Below, piece after piece: positions 43,462-46,819 of a DNA stretch of 46,819 bases. The notes beneath the pieces were generated by a model that had not been told where the DNA came from, ran no database searches, and saw nothing but the letters and a program-made list of their open reading frames with translations. The position numbers and the translations under genes were made by a program. Source of the DNA: a virus (Duplodnaviria > Caudoviricetes); the IMG/VR virus record IMGVR_UViG_3300049172_000218, positions 1 through 46,819 of that record. One strand, 5' to 3'. Position 1 is the first letter of the stretch. Each line of letters starts with the position of its first letter.

Positions 43462-43827
43462 ATGGACCAATCTCAGCCGCTACAACCAGACCACACTAGA
43501 GCAAGGCAGGGAGAGCCGTTCGTGCCCTCCAATTACGAGAAATTCCGCTACGTCACCCGCGCCGGCTGCGGGTGCGACGAAGAGATCTACTTCGACCAAC
43601 CACCACCCGACAAGTGCGATCACCGCAACCTCTACTACCTCGATAAAGACTATGAGGCGGCCAAGCGGATAACCGCAGAATCGGTGGCAGCCAAACTTGA
43701 TGCCAGATCAGCCAGATCACTGGAATCAGAAGTCGGCACAAGACCCGTGCCGGTGCTCATCTACAACCCCTCATCCCAAACAAAAACCGATATCGATCGC
43801 ATCTTCTCCTCTGGGGCGGATTTGTAG
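43462..43827 (+). CDS. Hypothetical protein with CxC...CxH motif
   Basis: ATG directly after the SD-containing stem; GCGCDEE...KCDHRN. Confidence 0.6.
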   Translation: MDQSQPLQPDHTRARQGEPFVPSNYEKFRYVTRAGCGCDEEIYFDQPPPDKCDHRNLYYLDKDYEAAKRITAESVAAKLDARSARSLESEVGTRPVPVLIYNPSSQTKTDIDRIFSSGADL

Positions 43828-44271
43828 TGGCTTGAGACCAGGCGGGACTTGCCACACGTACGGCGACCGCTTGATCTCAGGTTTCTACCTGACACAACGC
43901 TTCGGCTCGGGCAGTCTTGGTGATCTGCCACATATCAAACCGCCATCGTTTGCGGTCTTCTTCAAAGTCCCTGCTCTGCTGAGCCCAGCAACAGGGGACT
44001 TCCAGAAGCCCGTAAGCGACCAACCGTTTACGTTCGGAATCCAGGAGAAGGAGGCGCCACTGACCGAAAGGCGCCAGGGTTGGCAGGGATGCATCAGCCG
44101 CCTGAGAGGATACGTAAAAGCCGCCGCTTTATAGAGCGTCCCAAGTTTCCTGCCTATCCGCAGCCCCTGGATGGAAGGAGATAAGGGCGGTCAATGTCAA
44201 AAACGGCCGCTGACTAAAAAACGGGAAAACTCGAGAATTGGACAGAATAGCCGTTCGTGATATTATGTGAA

Positions 44272-44451
44272 TGCTTCTCCATAGCAAAAACGCAGGAATG
44301 AGTAGCGGTCTACGTGATCGACGCTGAGAGTGATTGAACACTTCTCTCCGACCCTCTCGTTCCTGCTTTTTTGGTCTTGAGAGGTGGTTAACGGCGCAAG
44401 CGAATTAATACTCAGGTCAGAAGGCGGGGCGGCACCTACCCCGCCTTCTTT
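44272..44451 (+). ncRNA. Candidate small regulatory RNA (about 180 nt)
   Basis: Upstream TGGACA-16-(TGa)TATTAT (44239-44266); GCAGGAATGAG/CTCGTTCCTGC closing stem around two hairpins; terminator at 44419-44451. Confidence 0.6.
44419..44451 (+). terminator. Intrinsic terminator
   Basis: AGAAGGCGGGG...CCCCGCCTTCT followed by TT. Confidence 0.7.
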
Positions 44452-44756
44452 GCGTTTGTGCCACATTGCAGCATCGTGATATTATGTAAATGGTTCCGGA
44501 CGAACTACGTGTTTCCTTCATCCATCCCACTACTGGGCAGCTCAGGCTCCTGCCTGGGCTGGTGTCCATTTCACCAAGAAGTGGTTGCCAGCTTGAGTAG
44601 AAGTTGCACTTCGGCCTCCCAACTTCGGTTGGGGATTTACTTTTCCCTCTCAGTTCTTCGGAATTGGGGGGTTGGAGCGCAACAGCTCACCTATTCGTAG
44701 ATAGTGGAAATCATTTCTACGTTTGGAGACTTCAGCCGTTGATAACCGGCGCCTCT

Positions 44757-45314
44757 ATGAGACGAATCCTCATCATCCCCGCCCTGGCCATCCTCGGACT
44801 GTCAGCGGCTCCATCTTTTCCAACTCATTCATCAGAAACCTTTCGATCCTTTCCTCCAAAGCAAGTCATGGCCTCACCGAAGGTCGAAGCTCCACAAGCC
44901 ACACAAACGGCTATAGAGCCTCTCTACGTTGAGCCAACACCCGAACCTCCTCCTATCCCTACTCCATACCCCACAAGCGCTCCTAGGCCCCAAATCGGCT
45001 CAATCGCTGCCATGCTGTGGCACAAAACCGCTGCCATGCTGTGGCACAAAACCGCTGCCAGGTTTGGATCGGCCCAAGTGCCGTTCATGCAGGATCTCGT
45101 TGGTCGAGAATCTGAGCTCAATCCCTACGCCATCAATACATCATCCGGTGCCTGTGGTATTCCCCAGGCTTACCCCTGCTCGAAGCTGCTGGCTGTCATC
45201 GGTTCACTGGATAACGTCGAAGGTCAGCTCGACTGGATGGTCGATTACATCGCCAACCGGTATGGCACTCCCGCCAAGACGATCGATCACCACAACGCCA
45301 AAGGCTGGTACTGA
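44757..45314 (+). CDS. Secreted lytic transglycosylase (SLT/lysozyme-like fold)
   Basis: Signal peptide MRRILIIPALAILGLSAA, Pro-rich linker, GRESELNPYAINTSSGACGIPQA...YIANRYGTP...GWY. Confidence 0.85.
   Translation: MRRILIIPALAILGLSAAPSFPTHSSETFRSFPPKQVMASPKVEAPQATQTAIEPLYVEPTPEPPPIPTPYPTSAPRPQIGSIAAMLWHKTAAMLWHKTAARFGSAQVPFMQDLVGRESELNPYAINTSSGACGIPQAYPCSKLLAVIGSLDNVEGQLDWMVDYIANRYGTPAKTIDHHNAKGWY
45005..45060 (+). repeat. 24-bp in-frame tandem duplication (2.3 copies)
   Basis: CGCTGCCATGCTGTGGCACAAAAC x2 plus CGCTGCCA, giving AAMLWHKT x2. Confidence 0.95.
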
Positions 45315-45323
45315 TTTGGTATT

Positions 45324-45686
45324 ATGGAAACATCACCAAGGAGGCTTGTGCGACAAGAAAGCGAACTGGAAGCCGCGTTCAGATTAGCTATCAGAGCCTG
45401 GGGAGATGGACTGCCGGCACCAATACAGGAATACGAATTCCACCTTGAACGAAAATGGCGTGTCGACTTCGCCTGGCCAGACCAAAAGGTGGCCGTCGAG
45501 ATTGAAGGCGGCGTCTACAGTGGCGGTCGCCACAACTCCGTCAGAGGCTTCTTGGGAGACATCGAGAAATACAACGCGCTGGCCGAAGACGGCTGGCGCA
45601 TCCTGAGATTCGCTAACCCACACGTCGAAGAACAACCATTTGACATGATTGAGCAGATTCGCCGCACCCTCTTCCCTTCCCCATGA
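45324..45686 (+). CDS. PD-(D/E)xK endonuclease (DUF559/Vsr-like)
   Basis: WRVDFAWPDQKVAVEIEGG...RH...DIEKYN...GWRILRF; alternative start GTG 45348 after AGGAGG. Confidence 0.85.
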   Translation: METSPRRLVRQESELEAAFRLAIRAWGDGLPAPIQEYEFHLERKWRVDFAWPDQKVAVEIEGGVYSGGRHNSVRGFLGDIEKYNALAEDGWRILRFANPHVEEQPFDMIEQIRRTLFPSP

Positions 45687-45940
45687 CTCTTCCCAACATC
45701 CCAACCTATTACTTGCTGGATACCTGGTCTGAGATTCCGCCCTCCATGGGCTGGAGATTCGCCGTGGCCAGATTGCGCCTCCGAGGTTGCGAGACCAACG
45801 AGCGAGAAGTGAAACAGGCCGTCTACGAGCGGCTGGTCAACATCGGTCTGCTCGCCCCAAACACCAAACCGACTCCCAAGGATTGGAAGCGTGCCAAGCG
45901 CAGGTGGAAGTCGGGCTACTCCGGAAGCCTGATGCAATAA
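45683..45940 (+). CDS. Hypothetical basic protein
   Basis: ATGA coupling with the nuclease gene. Confidence 0.55.
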   Translation: MTLPNIPTYYLLDTWSEIPPSMGWRFAVARLRLRGCETNEREVKQAVYERLVNIGLLAPNTKPTPKDWKRAKRRWKSGYSGSLMQ

Positions 45941-45970
45941 AAAACCCCCCGGCATTTCTGCCAGGGGGTG
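45938..45970 (-). terminator. Terminator between convergent genes
   Basis: AAAAA-CCCCCCGGCA-TTTC-TGCCAGGGGG; U tract on minus strand. Confidence 0.65.
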
Positions 45971-45977
45971 TGAATTA

Positions 45978-46160
45978 TTAGAACCGGGCGTTTTTCGTTC
46001 GCTTGGCGTGTTCCGGTCGGAGGTCTACCTCCTTCCGGTATTGGTTGTAGACCCGCTCGCTGGGGAATCCAGCCTTTTCCGAAAGTTCCTTGGTGCTCAG
46101 TGGCTTCTTGCCGTAGAGCTCCTTCGGGGTCTTGGTCTTGTCGTCCTTTTTGCCAAACAT
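45978..46160 (-). CDS. Small Lys-rich protein, possibly HTH
   Basis: GAGGAG RBS before ATG 46160; LSTKELSEKAGFPSERVY. Confidence 0.55.
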   Translation of the reverse strand: MFGKKDDKTKTPKELYGKKPLSTKELSEKAGFPSERVYNQYRKEVDLRPEHAKRTKNARF

Positions 46161-46351
46161 CGTTTGCTCCTCGACTTTCAGCAAAATCGCTGTATGGCTA
46201 CTCTAGGGATATGTCGTGCTGCTCGCGGTGTCCACTAGACAACTGATTTATGTAAATGCGACAATGTGTTTGACGTTCGAGGCAACCCTATTTGAAACTG
46301 ACAAACGCCCCCTTGCCTCGAACTTGGGGGCTTTGTCATATCCGGAGGTTG

Positions 46352-46819
46352 ATGAAGCCATGCACAAAATGTGGGGAATCCAAGAACGAGGCTGAATTCA
46401 GCCACAATCAGACCAAGCGGGACGGGCTACACCAGTCATGCAAGTCGTGTCATTCCCGGTACCTGAAAGGCCACTACGCGAAGTACAAGGCCTATTACGT
46501 ATCCAAGGCCAAAGTCTCCAAACTAAAGGCGTACAGGGCAAACAGGAGCCTTGTAGACGACTACCTCTCCACTCATCCCTGCGCCGATTGCGGCGAACCT
46601 GATCCTATCGTCCTAGAGTTTGACCATGTTCGCGGCGTCAAAGAGAAATCCGTGTCTGTCCTAGCCTTCTCACTCGGATCCTCTGCCAAGCGAATCATGG
46701 AGGAGATAGCGAAGTGTGAGGTCCGCTGCGCCAACTGCCATCGTCGGAAGACCGCCATTCAGCTTGACTGGGGAGCGCCTTACAGACGGTATAATGCTTC
46801 GGATGAGACGAGTGCGTAG
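46352..46819 (+). CDS. HNH endonuclease with N-terminal Zn ribbon
   Basis: CTKCGESK...F...DGLHQSCKSC; CADCG...LEFDHV...KCEVRCANCHRRKT; GGAGG upstream. Confidence 0.88.
   Translation: MKPCTKCGESKNEAEFSHNQTKRDGLHQSCKSCHSRYLKGHYAKYKAYYVSKAKVSKLKAYRANRSLVDDYLSTHPCADCGEPDPIVLEFDHVRGVKEKSVSVLAFSLGSSAKRIMEEIAKCEVRCANCHRRKTAIQLDWGAPYRRYNASDETSA

Larger units (their letters stand above)
1..46819. mobile_element. Integrated temperate siphovirus-like prophage carrying a relaxase/coupling-protein mobilisation module
   Basis: Integrase, complete head-tail-lysis module, mob genes and a promoter motif shared across both arms; boundaries not visible. Confidence 0.8.

Noticed and set aside
44150-44260. Group I intron (ATCCGCAGC resembles the Q element)
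   Set aside because: No convincing P, R or S elements and no interrupted host gene.
44495-44730. IS200/IS605 omega/HEARO RNA suggested by CTACGT motifs
   Set aside because: No adjacent IscB/TnpB ORF, and the other conserved segments are not evident.
46299-46338. Hairpin TGACAAA.GCCCCC/GGGGGC.TTTGTCA upstream of the last HNH gene
   Set aside because: The pairing is real, but it lacks a U tract and does not cover the RBS, so no function can be argued.
1-46819. CRISPR array
   Set aside because: No series of 25-45 bp repeats with unique spacers was seen; the only perfect tandem repeat is the 24-bp coding duplication, and no cas genes are recognisable.
1-46819. attL/attR direct repeats
   Set aside because: The window begins and ends exactly on gene boundaries; no terminal repeat is visible, and I found no second copy of the tRNA-like 3' end.
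1-46819. Alternative genetic code
   Set aside because: All three stop codons end well-formed genes, and conserved proteins are full length in code 11.

Overview
The window looks like one integrated temperate element of about 47 kb. The att sites are not visible because the window starts at the integrase ATG. Left arm (1-6.5 kb): tyrosine integrase, a convergent XRE-like HTH, and a three-gene mobilisation module (membrane/coiled-coil protein, VirD4/TraG-like ATPase, Replic_Relax-type relaxase). This module is flanked by 12-bp-period GCYGTA repeats and followed by a collinear inverted-repeat rod of about 480 nt and radC. From 6.5 to 14.4 kb are small early/accessory genes (J-domain protein, ArdC, SSB, membrane-anchored HNH) and a tRNA-like RNA with a 47-nt anticodon-loop region. 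A BamHI-like R-M pair and an AIPR gene occupy 14.5-17.8 kb. From 18 to 41.5 kb is a complete siphovirus-type virion and lysis module with Mu-like head genes (TerS/TerL, portal, gpF, protease/scaffold, MCP, neck, tube, frameshifted chaperone, short tape measure, Dit/Tal, amidase, holin) carrying two morons. The right end (41.6-46.8 kb) has a leftward operon of small membrane proteins plus an SSB-like protein, an RNA-structure-rich region, a secreted lytic transglycosylase and nucleases. Main highlights: (i) a phage that appears to carry relaxase, coupling protein and a conjugative-style leading region but no recognisable replicase; (ii) a candidate sRNA of about 180 nt whose loop is complementary to the 5' ends of two distant early transcripts made from a shared promoter motif; (iii) the tRNA-like RNA cluster. 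All family assignments come from motifs read by eye; no database search was run.
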